Assembly (NCBI GenBank): GCA_963514005.1
Contig: OY740820.1
Span: 18,042,001-18,106,000, forward strand
Origin: Raja brachyura
Taxonomy: Eukaryota
Reading direction: 5' to 3'
DNA: 64,000 bases
The translations under genes and the position numbers were made by a program. Under the pieces are notes generated by a model that saw only the letters and a list, made by a program, of their open reading frames with translations, made no database searches and was not told the origin of the DNA. Shown in pieces: positions 63,171 through 64,000 of the stretch (position 1 is its first letter; the number at the start of each line of letters is the position of its first letter).

Positions 63171-63533
63171 GGGTACACAAAATGCTGGAGAAACTCAGCA
63201 GGTGCAGCAGCATCTAAGGAGCGAAGGAGATAGGCAACGTTTCGGGCCGAAACCCTTCTTCAGACTGGTGGGGGGTGGGGGGGAGGCGGGAGGAAGAAAG
63301 GAAAAAGGTGGAGGAGGAGCCCAAGGCCTGTGGGAGAGGTGGGAAGGGGCGGAGACAGCAAGGTTTAATGGAACTGAGAGAATTCAATGTTCATGCCAAG
63401 AGGATGCAGACTCCCCAAGCAGAATATGAGGTGCTGTTCCTCCAATTTGCAGTGTTGCTCACTCTGGCCGTGGAGGAGGCTCCAGCATTTTGTGTACCCT
63501 CGATTTTCCAGCACCTGCAGTTCCTTCTTTAAC
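63171..63533 (-). mobile_element. Truncated Penelope-like element with GIY-YIG tail, hammerhead core (63236-63263) and inverted pLTR piece
   Basis: 63364-63480 matches 4985-5100; GGGTACACAAAATGCTGGAG (63171) is inverted at 63480-63499. Confidence 0.85.
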
Positions 63534-64000
63534 ACAATTATTTATAGACCTTGTTCACCAGATTGGTGATTTCAATTTAGCTAATTCCATGCAGCCTGTT
63601 TTCCATTCACAGAATACTTTATCAAAAAAATACGCTAACAACCTCCAATTAAAGCTGACCACATAATTTAGATTCTGAAGAGTCACTCATGCAACTTGTG
63701 GCTTTAGCGTGGGGCAGTTTCCTTCCAGTTAGAAGGTCAAGCTGAGAGAGAAGGTGTACAAATTCAATTTCCAACCAATTAGTTCAGGCAGCCTCAGTGC
63801 CTCGAACTAATAGATGCACGTCTTAGATGAATGAGAAGACGTCAGTGGCATTTAAATGAGATTCTAAATTAAAACATATTCTGAACAGATGATCTACTGC
63901 ATTGAACAAACTCCAAGACTCTTGTGCCTTGTCCAATTAAAATCAGGCTAGTTCAATAGTGCTTTATATGTCACATATGCTACTGAAATGCGCGGTGAAA

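Noticed and set aside
590-63533. Recurring ~30-nt palindromic motif as a CRISPR repeat or REP element
   Set aside because: Copies are dispersed in both orientations without regular spacers, the DNA is eukaryotic, and the motif belongs to a Penelope-derived repeat.
53264-64000. Next SCAPER exon (expected LQRLAKDL... peptide)
   Set aside because: Not found by eye; presumably lies beyond the window.

Overview
Eukaryotic genomic DNA, most likely a cartilaginous fish (skate/ray/shark; inferred from HE1-type SINEs and HER1-like CR1 LINEs). The whole window lies inside one + strand gene, SCAPER: 12 consecutive internal GT-AG exons (6170-53263) splice in frame through the coiled-coil region and the C2H2 zinc finger, and the gene continues beyond both edges. 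The introns hold CR1, Rex1/Babar, L2-like, Penelope-like and RTE-like retroelements, tRNA-derived SINEs and a Harbinger-type MITE family. Almost all short ORFs in the track are spurious or transposon fragments. Two classes of predicted self-cleaving RNA stand out. (1) Two TSD-flanked ~140-160 nt elements consist of a 54-nt minimal HDV/CPEB3-like ribozyme head, a short body and a (GAA)n tail, with no Pol III head. (2) About 26 Penelope-derived minimal hammerhead motifs are scattered through the window, and intact ones lie mostly antisense to SCAPER. Family assignments come from recognition of motifs, not database searches; repeat boundaries are approximate unless a TSD is quoted.
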